Shown in pieces: positions 52,065-64,000 of a stretch of DNA of 64,000 nt. Positions within the stretch are counted from its first letter, which is position 1, and each line of letters starts with the position of its first letter. The position numbers and the translations under genes are program-made. The stretch is from Octopus vulgaris. Its lineage: Eukaryota. The stretch covers positions 94,860,001-94,924,000 of the forward strand of contig OX597821.1 in assembly GCA_951406725.2 (NCBI GenBank). The letters run 5' to 3'. The notes under the pieces are model-generated. The model was given only the letters and a program-made list of their open reading frames with translations. It ran no database searches and was not told the origin of the DNA.

Positions 52065-52452
52065 GCAGTCTTCAAGGTCCCAGGTTATGACAGAAGTGCT
52101 TCAACTGCCTTGAAGAATTTTAGTCGAACGAATCAACTCCAATACACTTTTATTTAAGCCTGTTACTTATTCTGTCGGTCTCTTTTGTCAAGCGGTGGTG
52201 GGGTGCAAAGACAAACACAAGACGCACATACATACACACAATCATACATTTATACACATATGCATAAGTGTATACATATACCTGTATACAACGGGGCTCT
52301 CTCAGTTTCCGTGTGCCAAATCCACGCACAAGGCTTTTGGTTGGCCCGGGGCTATAGTAGATGACACCCAAGATACCACGCTGTGGCTGTGGAATTGAAG
52401 CCAGAACTATGTGTTTGGGGAGCAAATGTCTTACCATACAGCCACACCTGGT
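52065..52452 (-). mobile_element. Older SINE family A copy
   Basis: Degenerate homology. Confidence 0.8.
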
Positions 52453-52708
52453 GCGTGTGTAATAATAGAGAATACGGCAAGAGGAAGTAAAAAATAAATC
52501 AACTGCGAACGTGCAGATACTCACGTTGGTGTACACGATGAGTAAATGAAACACGAGTTATGTATTGTGATATCAGATGTTTTAAAGGTCTAGGAGTAAA
52601 AAAGAGATAACAGCAATCGATAACAGAACATTCGAAGCCAGTTGAAAAGCACTCAAGTAACAAATTCCGTTCAATGCAGTAATATCTATCATTATATTGT
52701 TGTGTATC

Positions 52709-53078
52709 AAGGCGGCGAGTTGGCAGAATCGGCAGCAGACCGGGCGAAATACTCAGTGGTATTTCGTCTGTTTTTACGCTCTGAATTCAAATTCCGTCGA
52801 GGCCCACTTTGCCTTTCATCCTTTCGGAGTCGATAAAATAATTGCCAGTTGATCACGGGGGTTGATGTAATCGACTTAATTCCTTGCTGGCCTTGTACTA
52901 AAATGTGTAACAAATACGAAGGTGGCGATCTGGCCAAAACGTTAGCACTCCGGGAAAAATACTTACCGGCATTTCGTCCGTCTTTACACCCTGAGTTCAA
53001 ATTCCGCTGAGGTCGATGTGATTGACTTTTCCCATCCCCCAAAACTTCAGGCCTTGTGCCCATAGTAGACAGGATTAT
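52709..53078 (+). mobile_element. Two tandem family B SINEs
   Basis: Heads near 52709 and 52919. Confidence 0.85.
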
Positions 53079-53127
53079 ATAGTAATGTATTGGCCCTTAC
53101 CCCACACAATCACCGGTTATTTTTTTC

Positions 53128-53311
53128 TATCTCTTATTCTTTTTCTTGTTTCAGTCATTTGACTGCGGCCATACTGGGGCACCGCCATGAAAGATTTTTG
53201 TCGAACAAATCGATCCTAGTACTTATTCTATCGGTTACTTTTGCAGAACCGCAAAGTCACAGGGATGTGGACTCACCAATACCGGTTGTTAAGCGGTTGT
53301 GGGGGACAAAG

Positions 53312-53374
<63 letters not shown>

Positions 53375-53713
53375 ACGGGAAGGTTTACGAAAATAAACAA
53401 AAGACGAAGGCAGGTGGTGTACAAACAAGCAAATGTATTAGTATGGCGTTCAGGAACAGAAATAGAGCAAGTCTTTTACGTTTCGAGCCTACGCTCTTCG
53501 ACAGAAAGATACACAGAAAAGAAATAAGGAGAGAAAAAAATGCGTGTAGGAGCTACGGTCCATCATGGCGTATATATACACAACGGGATTCTCTCAGTTT
53601 CCGTCTATCAAATCCACTCACAAGAGTTTTAGTCGACCCAATGCTATAGTAAAAGACACTTGTCCAAAGTGCCATGCAGTGAGACTGAACCCGGAACCAT
53701 GTGGTTGGGAAGC
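53128..53713 (-). mobile_element. SINE family A interrupted by a hammerhead mini-element
   Basis: Tail 53128-53310 and head 53580-53713 separated by the insert in the internal microsatellite. Confidence 0.85.
53373..53570 (-). mobile_element. Penelope-pLTR-like mini-element (copy 3); hammerhead motif at 53472-53509, core CUGUCGA
   Basis: Motif identical to 14983-15020. Confidence 0.8.
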
Positions 53714-55899
53714 ATGCCTGATGAACCGTTTGGGATCAAAATTTCTAGTTTTAGTTTTTGCTGTACCCTGTGATGTTAGTCTGTGCATACGTGCGTACAC
53801 ACACATACACACGTATAAACCCACACAAATTTTAGAAGGGTATATTTGTGTATTTATATATGTTTTATACATTTTCGCTGTATGAAATTGACGAATTAAA
53901 GAATTTTTGCTTTACATTTATATATTTATACGTTTATACCTTCTGTATTTTTGTATTTATCTCGAAGTCCTTATGAAAAAAAAAAAAACTCTCAACCGTA
54001 AAATTAGGAAACATACGTTAAAGATTCATTACTCCCACTCTTTGCAAGAGTTAACCATTCATAGATGTTTAAGTAGTCTATTTATAACTTGTTATGATGA
54101 GCAAACTTGAGTTTAGTGACTTTACCATGAACAAATCTTAGTATAATTCCCGGGTTGCGAAATTTGTATCTATTCTCTGTACTGCAATAATTACAATTTC
54201 TCTACCATTTGATAAATACCATAACGCATGGACCTGTCTTGATATCTTATATTGTTGATTATGGAGAACTTGTATGTTTGACAGGGTTTCTGAGCACTTG
54301 CAAACGAAACCCCCAATTTAATCCTCTCTTCGAACCAAAGCAGTATTTATGATGGAAACGAAATAGCTAATTGGATAGGTTGTTATTTGATATCCATTAA
54401 AGTTGTCCCCTCGTGTATTTGATTAGTACGCATAATTCTACAATGTTTACGTTCAGCTAGCTATAGGAAATAGTGACTTGATATGTTGAGAATATTAATT
54501 TGCATAGAATCTATATATATCTACGAGAATATAAACCTAGCATCCACCGTGATCCAAAAGTAGAAGCGCACCCCAGTTATTAGAAGCCCTTCAAAGTTGT
54601 GAATATATATATATATATATATTTACAGCATTACCAAACAGCGAACAATTTGTCAATTTTTTATACGATCGTTATTTGCAGCTACGATTCTGTACTATGA
54701 TGTAATATGTATTTATATCTCAGTGGTTCGGAGATTGTTTGAGAGCTACTGTGTGCCACCGTTACGGAGACAACGCGGTGCCCGTGACAAGATGAGAATT
54801 GTTGAAGTTTCGGTTGTTATCCCTGAACTATATCATACTGGCCATCAACAGCTCTCGATTGTTAATTAGTGATCCATAATTATTGACAGGAAGGTTAATT
54901 GAAAATGTGAAACCAGCTGTAAAATGAGAACAAAACAATTAATCATCAAGCTTTTATTTTCATTTTTAGCTCTAAATTTTAACGATGTATTTTGTAATTT
55001 TTATTTCAGAGTCAGAGAGCGTCAAGCTCTCTTCCGGTAATAATTTAGTTTGCTTAAAAATGTCTGTGGGTTGTGTAAGTCTCGGTTATTGACATATCGT
55101 TGAAGCAGCGGAAATACATGAATTTTTATTATTGTTATTGTTGTTCATGTTATTTTTATTATTGTTATAGTTGTTCATGTTATTTTTATTATTGTTATAG
55201 TTGGCTTTACTTGTCATTCTCTTATTGATGCTGATAATACTTTAGATTAATTTATTTTTTTAATATATTTTCTTCTCCGTTTATTTATTGCTCCCTCTTC
55301 TCTACTGCAAGCTATTGGTGCCATAAAGCTATGACGTCAATAATGATATAACGGTCAGTCAATAATGATGATATAATGGCTCTTTCAACTAACAATTCGT
55401 TTATTGAGAAGAGTAGTTAGATGTGGGGGTTGTTTTTCGTTGCTAAGCCAACTTTTGTTAAAAGCATAATAAATTACCATTTGACTCTATAATGGGAAAA
55501 CAAAGACAACTGAAAGTAGACTGAAATTACTACTTTGCAAATATGATCGTTATTGATTTGATGTTATGCTATTGTATCTGGTGAGCCATATCTGGTCGAC
55601 TTGTATCTGTGTCCGCACGCCGTCCGATGCTTTCATAGTTCGAGTTCCATTTCGGACGATAGACTGAAGTTGATTCTTAGAAAATAAGGCTGGCATTGGT
55701 TTCATGCTATACAAAGGTTTCATCTCATGTAGAACCATTGAAGCAGTCAGAAGTTCATGGATCCGATTTACGAAGAATTAAATACGCAAGCATCATTTCT
55801 TGCCGAAAGGAAGGATGTTAGATTTTAATACGTTGAAAATATTTTTTTCGCTTTTACATGTCAAAGTCGTTGAAAAGGGATAAAAAAATAAGAAAGATA

Positions 55900-56272
55900 T
55901 AAAGCTGTTGAGTACGATGATGGCGTTGAATATGTGTGCGATGATGAGAGTAATGATGATGGCTTCGAATATGATGGTTATAATTATGGCGATGATGATA
56001 ATGATGATGATGATGATGAGGAGGAGGAGGAGGAGGAGGCGGAGGATGGTTATTATGGCCATGGTAATGATAAGGGTGACGATGATGATGATGACGGCGA
56101 CGACGACAATGATGATGATGATATTGATGGTGATGGCGATGATAAAGATAACGATGACGATGGTGGTCGTGGTCATAGTAATGGTGTTGGTGGTGTTGAT
56201 GATAATGATGATGATGATGATGATGACGACGACGACGATGATCACAATGATGATGATCGCGATGATGATGAT
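55900..56272. repeat. Degenerate (GAT)n/(GAG)n low-complexity tract
   Basis: Directly visible. Confidence 0.9.
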
Positions 56273-56330
56273 TGTAAGCTGGCATAATTGTCTGAGTGTT
56301 GGAAGAAATACTTGCTTCGCAATATATCTT

Positions 56331-56742
56331 CTAACTCTTTTACTCATTTACTTGTTTCAGTCATTTGACTGCGGCCATGCTGGAGTACTACCTTTAGTCG
56401 AGCAAATCGACCCCAGGACTTATTCTTTGTAAGCCTAGTACTTATTCTATCGCTCTCTTTTGCCGAACCGCTTAGTTACAGGAACGTAAACACACCAGCA
56501 TCGGTTGTCAAGCGATGTTGGGGGAGGGGACAAACACAGACACATAAACACACACACACATATATATACATATATACGACGTGCTTCTTTCAGTTTCCGT
56601 CTACCAAATATCAACTCACAAGGCTTTGGTTGGCCCGAGGCTATAGTAGAAGACACTTGCCCAAGGTTCCACGAAGTGGGACTGAACCCGGAACCATGTG
56701 GTTGGTAAGCAAGCTACTTACCACACAGCCACTCCTGCGCCT
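56331..56742 (-). mobile_element. SINE family A
   Basis: Reverse complement of family A. Confidence 0.93.
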
Positions 56743-57128
56743 CTTTACATTCTGAGTTCAAATATCGCCGAAGTCAGCTTTTACCTTTCACACTTCCCTC
56801 CTGATCAGTAAAGCAAAGATACAAAAGAGGTACTGGAGAGTGATGGTATCGACTAACCATGATCCCCTCAAAATTGCTGGTGTTGTGCCTAAATCGGAGT
56901 CCATTTGAAGGTGGAATGCTAGCAAAATCGTTAGAGTGTCGGACAAAATGCATCGAGTTATTTCTTCCAGTTGTTTACGTTCCGAGTATCAATTCCGCCC
57001 AAAGTCGATATTTTCGAGGTCGATGAAATAAGTACAGTTGAACATTGGAGCCGATATAATCGACTAGCACTCCCATCCCACCAAATTTCAGGCCATGTGC
57101 CTATAATAAGAACGGATTATTATTATTA

Positions 57129-57198
<70 letters not shown>

Positions 57199-57856
57199 GG
57201 CGGCGAGCTGGCAGAATCGTTAGCGCGCTAGTTGAAATGCTAAGCGGTGTTTCGTCTGCCGTTACCTTCTGAGTTCAAATTCCACCGAGGTCAACTTTGC
57301 TTTCATCCCTTCGGGGACGATGAAATAAGTACCAGTTATGTACTGGGGTTGATGTAATCGACTTAATCCCTTCTCGCAAATTTAAGGCCTTGTGCTTCCA
57401 GTAGAAAGGATTATTATTATCATTGTAAGGAGGTGAGCAGGCAGAATCATTAGCGTTGAAGGCGGCGAGCTGGCAGAATCGTGGGCGAAATGCTTAGCCG
57501 TATTTCGTCTGCCGCTACGTTCTGAGTGCAAATTCCGCCGAGGTCGACTTTGCCTTTCATCCATTTGGGGTCGATAAATTAAGTACCAGTTACGCACTGG
57601 GGTCGATGTAATCAACTTAATCCCTTTGTCTGTCCTTTTTTGTTCCCTATATGTTTAGCTCCTTGTGGGCAATAAAGAAATAAGAATCATTACCGCAACA
57701 GGAAAAATGCTTAGCAGCATTTCGTCTGTCTTTACGTTCTGAGTTCAAATTCCGCCGAGGTCGACTTTGCCTTTCATCCATTTGGGGTGGATAAAATAAG
57801 TATCAGTTACGCACTGGGGTCGATGTAAATTGCTGGTCTTGTGCCAAAATTTGAAA
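56743..57856 (+). mobile_element. Cluster of at least five family B SINEs with (ATT)n spacers, one nested
   Basis: Repeated heads and cores; nested copy about 57459-57682 flanked by AGAATCATTA. Confidence 0.88.
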
Positions 57857-58639
57857 CTGTTGTTATTGTTGTTGCTGCTGCTGTTGTTATTTTTGTTATA
57901 GGGAAGAGAAAGGAAATGAAGGAAATTGAACTGTGGGAAGCCAAACAGAAGGTAGATAAAGAGCAACAGCAACAGCAGCAGCAGCATCAACTGCACCATT
58001 AATTACAAAATCAACAAAATTTGTAGTAATTGCAACAACAACATCAAAACATCAACTACTGCATCAAGAATAGCAAGAAAAACAAAAAACAAGATCTACA
58101 TTAATAATAACAACTACAACAATACCAACAACAATAATTGCATCGACAAGAATTAGAAAGTATGTTTTTCTCAACAATTTTAAGACGTTTATTTCTATGA
58201 AAATATTCAAATTATTCATTCAACTCTCAGAAATAGCTGCTTCGAATCTAATCAAATACTGTGAAGATTCAACAACAAACACAGCCCCTTCCTTTCCAAA
58301 TATAAAGGATCTTTCAGATATAATTGTTGTGGGATTGTTAAGAGGCCTGGTCCTCTTCCTCCCATTGTATGATTCTGACACAAACTTTGTCTTCCTTCAG
58401 GAAAGCTTTATCGATTTTGTCTTTCTTTTACTTTGCTTTTGTCGTCGTTATTGTTGTTGTTTTTATTTATTGTTCTGTTATGATGTTGAAATGAAAATGT
58501 TGTTGTGTGTCTGTGTGTCAAGGCTAGGCAAGACGAAATAGAGAGAGAGAGAGTAGAGTGGGTGAGAGAAAGAGGGAGAGAGAGGACGAAAGACATGAGA
58601 GAAATAGGGAATTGCAACAACAACAGTAATTATAATCGT

Positions 58640-58990
58640 TCCAAATTTTGGCACAAGGCCAGCAATTCTGAGGAAAGAGACAAATCGATTACATCGACCC
58701 CAGTACTTATCTTATCGACCCTAAAAAGATGAAAGGCAAAGTTGACCTCGTCGAGAGTTTAAATCAAAACCTAATGAACTGGGACAAGCTTCGCCAAACT
58801 TTTTTCCAAACGTTCTACCAATTCACCCAACATCTTTAAGTGGTTTCTGATTTAAGCACAAGGCCAGCAGTTTTTGAGTGGAGGGGTTAGTTGCAATCAT
58901 CGACCCCAGTATTCGGCTGATATTCTTTTTTTATCGATTTCGGGAGGCTGAAATGCAAAGTGGTCCCCAGTGAAGTTTCATCGCAGAATC
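58640..58990 (-). mobile_element. Two degenerate family B SINEs
   Basis: GGCACAAGGCCAGCA...ATCGACCCCAGT motifs. Confidence 0.75.
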
Positions 58991-59045
58991 TAAGAGGGAA
59001 GGTATTTTATCCGATATTCTGTTCTGCCTGTTCACCGCCAAAACA

Positions 59046-59253
59046 GAAGAAGAAGAAGAAGAAGAAGAAGAAGAAGAAGAAGAAGAAGAAGAAGAAGAAG
59101 AAGAAGAAGAAGAAGAAGAAGAAGAAGAAGAAGAAGAAGAAGAAGAAGAAGAAGAAGAAGAAGAAGAAGAAGAAGAAGAAGAAGAAGAAGAAGAAGAAGA
59201 AGAAGAAGAAGAAGAAGAAGAAGAAGAAGAAGAAGAAGAAGAAGAAGAAGAAG
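59046..59253. repeat. Pure (GAA)n tract of about 200 bp
   Basis: Directly visible. Confidence 0.97.
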
Positions 59254-61660
59254 AGGCATTCATCTCCTACTCTAGTGCTGGATCGTGCAATATCAAGCAA
59301 ATAAAATTTGGTGAGCTGAAACTGTTGAAAACATCTCCATAATGTTTACGTTCATACCGATCTGAAAAGCAGTGATGTTGTTTATGTCATTTTATGTCCC
59401 GTAACTTAGCGCTTCGTCTTATAGATGCCTTTAAAATAAGTGCTAAAGTGAAATAGGTACTAGAATTCATATGATTGGCTAAGACTCTTGTATGCTATGC
59501 TCTAGCATGAACGCAATTCGATGGGTTTCACAGAATATAATCGTATATAATTTTTTTAATATTATTTAAAAGTATATATAAATATTTTAAGATAAATTAG
59601 AAAAAAGTAATTTTTATAATGTATTAAATCCAAAAATTAATTTTAGAAAATAAATTTAATTTAAATTAAATTTTAAGATAAAAATAAGATTTTAAATATT
59701 TTAAAAAAATTATTTCTAAGAAATTAAATTAAAAAAACACTTAAAAATATGAAAAATTTAAGAACAAATTCCAAAACATTTCATAACAAATTTAAAAATA
59801 AAAATATATAAAATTAAAATAATTTTGTTAATTATTGTAAAATGAAGATAAAAATATAAATCTAAAAATTTATATAAAATATGAAAATATGATATCCAGA
59901 TAAACGAAGGAATAAATTAATGTATCAACAAATTAAAATGTTATTGTTAGCCACATTGAGTGAAGGGTCTCAAATTCTAGAATGGACTATTCGACCATAG
60001 AATTGATTTTTTGTTTCATGTTGCTAATATTATCGATCCTGGAGACATGGAATCCAAATTCGACCTTGGCAATATTTACAAATCCAGAATCTCAAATGCC
60101 AGCGTAATATTAAATAAGCGCTCTTGTTATGTTTATTAATTACTCATTGTTATGTTAAATAATGATTCATTGCACTAGAATTTTAATTTCTCATTTTGTC
60201 ACAAAACTGACTATTGGCAAGTCGTTTAATACAACCCTGTTGCAGATTTCTATTAAGTGATTAAAATGAAAGTCACCTTTGGCAAGATTTAAAACATGAA
60301 CTTAAAAAAAATAGACACCATTAAACATAGCAAATGATGGCGGCTTGACCGATATTCAACCATTGCTCTTTGTTATGTTAAATGATGAATCATTACTTCT
60401 GAATTTTTTTATTCCTAACTTTGTCACAAGGCTATAAATTTATAAGAGGAAGGGTTTGGTTCGGGCTGGGTACATGTTACTATCGACCCTGAAGCTAAAG
60501 TCAAGGTAAACCAACTTATTCAAATACAGCAAAACATTGACAAGCACCCATCTAATTCCATTGACAGGTACTCATCTAATTCCTTCCTTCCACCTCCCAC
60601 CATCTATTAAATAATGAATGCTTACTTTTAAATACAGAAGGTGACAAATTTGCAAGGTACGTATATAGTTTATGTCTGATATATGTTGCTATCGAGGAGA
60701 TGAAAGTAAAAAAACGACCTTGGCTGGATTTAAAAGGACATGTCTAAATACGAAAAGAAATTTAGATCAGTATTTACATGTTTCTGTCGCTCCATTCCCT
60801 AATAATGAAGAGGAAGATAACATTTTTGTAATTCTAACAGCGAAATTGATTTTACATTTGTTTAATTGTTTTACATCATGAGAGCAATGCAAAATAGATT
60901 GAACCTTTTATTTATATCTTTTTTATATGTGTACTTTCGATCAGTTACTGTGGACATACTGGGACACCAGATTCAATAGTTCTTTTTGTGTAATTTAAAA
61001 ATAAAAATAATTAAAGACTTCCAAAATAAAACGTTTAAATTAAGACGGAATAATAATATAACACTGGTTACTTTATCTAAAGACTAACATTTAAATACAA
61101 GCTGTGTTAAAGTTTTGTTTTTTGTTTGATTTTTTCTTTATTTTTTCAGGTTATAATAAATTAGTCAGATGAGAAGGGAAGAAATTCATAGCCACTGCAG
61201 ACCCTCCCAGACTGCTGAGATTAATATCGTAGATGATAAATTAGAACGTCTGTATTTCGGTGTTAGTATGAAAAGTTGTGGGCTGGAAAGGATTTCTAAA
61301 GAACAGCATTCTAGAGAAGTAAAAGTGAAATTATCATTTGCTAGGAATTTACAGTAAAGATAAGAAATGACGAAGAAATTGCAGCGAATAGTTTTTGGCT
61401 GCACTGACAATTTGCAGAATAGTAGCGAAATCATAGAAAAGTTTCCTCCATTAAGATCATATATTCTATCACACACACACACACGCACACACACACACAC
61501 ACACACATTCTGCAGTGCTATACTTACAGGTATATGTGAGTGCGCGCGAGTGTGTGTACGTGCGTGCGTGTGCGCGCGTGTGTGTATATGCATGTACACA
61601 CATACACATATATATATATATACGTGTATATGTGAACGTGTGTGCATACATGTACACATG

Positions 61661-61694
<34 letters not shown>

Positions 61695-62234
61695 AATGTG
61701 TGTGTATCCGTGTATGCATGTATGCATGTATATGTCTGTCTGTATGTATGTATGTATGTATGTATGTATGTATGTATGTATGTATGCATGCATGTATGTG
61801 TCTATGAATGTATGTAGATGTATTTTTCGTATTCTTTAACTGGTGAAAAGTGAACTTGTACGCCATCTTGTTACATCTAACTTCTTTCCTTTTCCAACAC
61901 CACTGTCACCACCGACTACCATTACCACCATCACATACACCACCACTATCACTGACACAACCACCGCCATCGCTGACGCCGCCATTCTTCCGTGTACTTT
62001 ATAGGGTGTAATAACATCGCAACCTTGGTAGCGGCTTAACGGGGGATAAATCAGCAGATCAGAGGGCTGGAATTCTTTAGCAAATACAGGGTCAGAGCGT
62101 TCCCAGAATGTTTGACAGTGTTGAGAAATGGTTCAACAGTAAAGACAACAACAACAACAATTAGTGTCACATGATCGATAGCAGCCGCAAAAACAAGTAC
62201 AACAAGCTGTAACACAAACAACAATAAAAATCAT

Positions 62235-62972
62235 TTCTTTTATAGGTACAAGGCATGCAATTGGGGGAGAGAGTAATTTAGTTTATTACATCGACCCCAG
62301 GACATGACTGGTACTTATGTTATCGAACTCCAATTGATGAAAAGCAAAGCCAACCTCGACGAAATTTGAACTCAGAACGTAAAGGCGGACGAAATGCCGC
62401 TAAGCATTTTATCCGGCGCGCTAACGACCCTGCCAGCTCACCACCTTAAGAATAATAATAATCCTTTCTACTAAAGGCACAAGGCCCGAAATTTTGGAGG
62501 AGGGGATAGTCGATAACATTGGCCCCAGTGTTTCACAGGTACTTAATTTATCAACGCCGAAAGGATGAAAAACAAAGTCGACCGCGACGGAATTTGAACT
62601 CAGAATGTAAAGATGTACGAAATACTGGTAAACGTTTTGTGCGGCGTGCTAACGTTTCTGCCAGTTCGCAGCCTTTGGTTTCAAATTTTGGCACAAAGCC
62701 AGCAAATCTGGATTAGGTGGGGCTAGTCGATTACATCGATCTCAGCACTCAGCTGGTACTTATTTTGTCGACCCCGAAAAAGGTTGAAAGGCAAAATGGT
62801 ATGAGTCGATTACATTGACTCCAGTTTTCAACTCCTATTTATTTTATCGACTCCGAAAGGATGAAAGGTAAAGTCATCCTCGGCGGAAATTGAACTCAGA
62901 ACATAGCAACGGGTGAAATACCTCTAAGCATTTCGTCCAGCGCACTAAAAATTCTACCAGCTTGCTGCCTTG

Positions 62973-63031
<59 letters not shown>

Positions 63032-63241
63032 TTCTACTATAGGTGGAAGGGTCTGAAATTTGAGGTAAGGGATGAAGTCGATTACATCGACCCAGTGCGT
63101 AACTGATACTTATTTAATCGACCCCGAAAGGATGAAAGGCAAAATCGATCTCGGCAGAATTTGAACTCAGAGTTTTAGCGACAGACGAAATACCGCTAAG
63201 CATTTCGCCCCGCATGCTAACAATTCTACCAGCTCGCAGCC

Positions 63242-63300
<59 letters not shown>

Positions 63301-63416
63301 CTTTTCTACACTAGACACAAGGCTTGAAAGTTTGGGGGAGAGGGGCCAGTCGATTACATCAACCTCAATGCGCAACTGGTACTTAATTTATCGACCCCGA
63401 AAGGATGAAAGGCAAG
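62235..63416 (-). mobile_element. Tandem array of about six family B SINEs separated by (AAT)n
   Basis: Repeated GAAAGGATGAAAGGCAAAGTCGAC-like cores. Confidence 0.88.
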
Positions 63417-63948
63417 GACATTATGAAATGTCGGTGACTGAATACGAAACAGTCCGACATCACCGCATTCAATCCAAACAGCATTACCATCACCACCACC
63501 ACAACCACCACCACCACCATAGTGACCCATCAGTGAGCGAGTCACATGTGATAACAATGGAATAAAACAATATGGCATGTGTCATGAAGAAGAATATGGC
63601 AGATGCCAAATACACAAAACACGACAAAATATTAAAAATATATGCTATTATCCAAATATATAACAGAAAGGATGTTTCCTGAGATTAGGACAGCCTGTTA
63701 ATGCTGCCATCGAGAACTTCCGGTTATGTTTTGTCTTTTCGTAGTTAGTGACGGTGAGTGGGGATATTTTTTTATATTCTGTTATACTCTCGCCCCGCCC
63801 TCATCCCCTGCATAAACCACTTTGTCAGTTTGTAAGCATACTCCTACAACACAAAAACGCCTGAATTTTTCTTTTCTCATATGTATGTATGTATGCATGT
63901 GTTTAAGTGTTGTATGTGTGTATGTATGTGTATATATATATATTTATA

Positions 63949-63984
<36 letters not shown>

Positions 63985-64000
63985 TGTATGTATGTATGTA

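Noticed and set aside
55550-55738. 62-aa non-repetitive minus-strand ORF (likewise 58197-58541 and 8858-9103)
   Set aside because: No recognisable motif or supporting splice signals; length expected by chance
59540-59940. Extremely AT-rich tract resembling a mitochondrial control region insert
   Set aside because: No mitochondrial gene or tRNA recognisable nearby; low complexity alone is insufficient
61110-61357. Strong acceptor-like T-tract plus CAG at 61149 followed by a short ORF
   Set aside because: No recognisable protein or clear donor; cannot be supported without transcripts

Overview
Repeat-saturated eukaryotic DNA, intronic or intergenic, most likely from an octopus (inferred from the tRNA-derived and Nin/Deu-domain SINE families and the extreme microsatellite load). 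No intact protein-coding gene is supported. The supplied ORFs are mostly microsatellite or SINE read-throughs, and the recognisable protein remnants are decayed transposon proteins (RTE, CR1/L2, L1/Tx1, R4/Dong, Penelope RT+GIY-YIG, Helitron Rep, mariner). The hidden layer is a set of type I hammerhead ribozyme (HHR) motifs: 10 full-core copies in about 7 element families, plus half-motifs. The first highlight is a 353-nt tandem-unit retrozyme-like element (21923-22461) with an intact HHR core, whose dispersed relatives show covarying hairpins and a shared 3' end. The second is a set of small Penelope-type elements with non-canonical cores: G3-C8 swap (2 copies), U3-A8 swap (1 copy) and A6U (3 copies). 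Each family has its own self-complementary stem III, and most end against (TA)n. Also present: a retrozyme fragment inside a Helitron and a SINE junction filler identical to a site 1.9 kb away. Structures were read by eye. No folding or database search was run, and ends of degenerate repeats are approximate.
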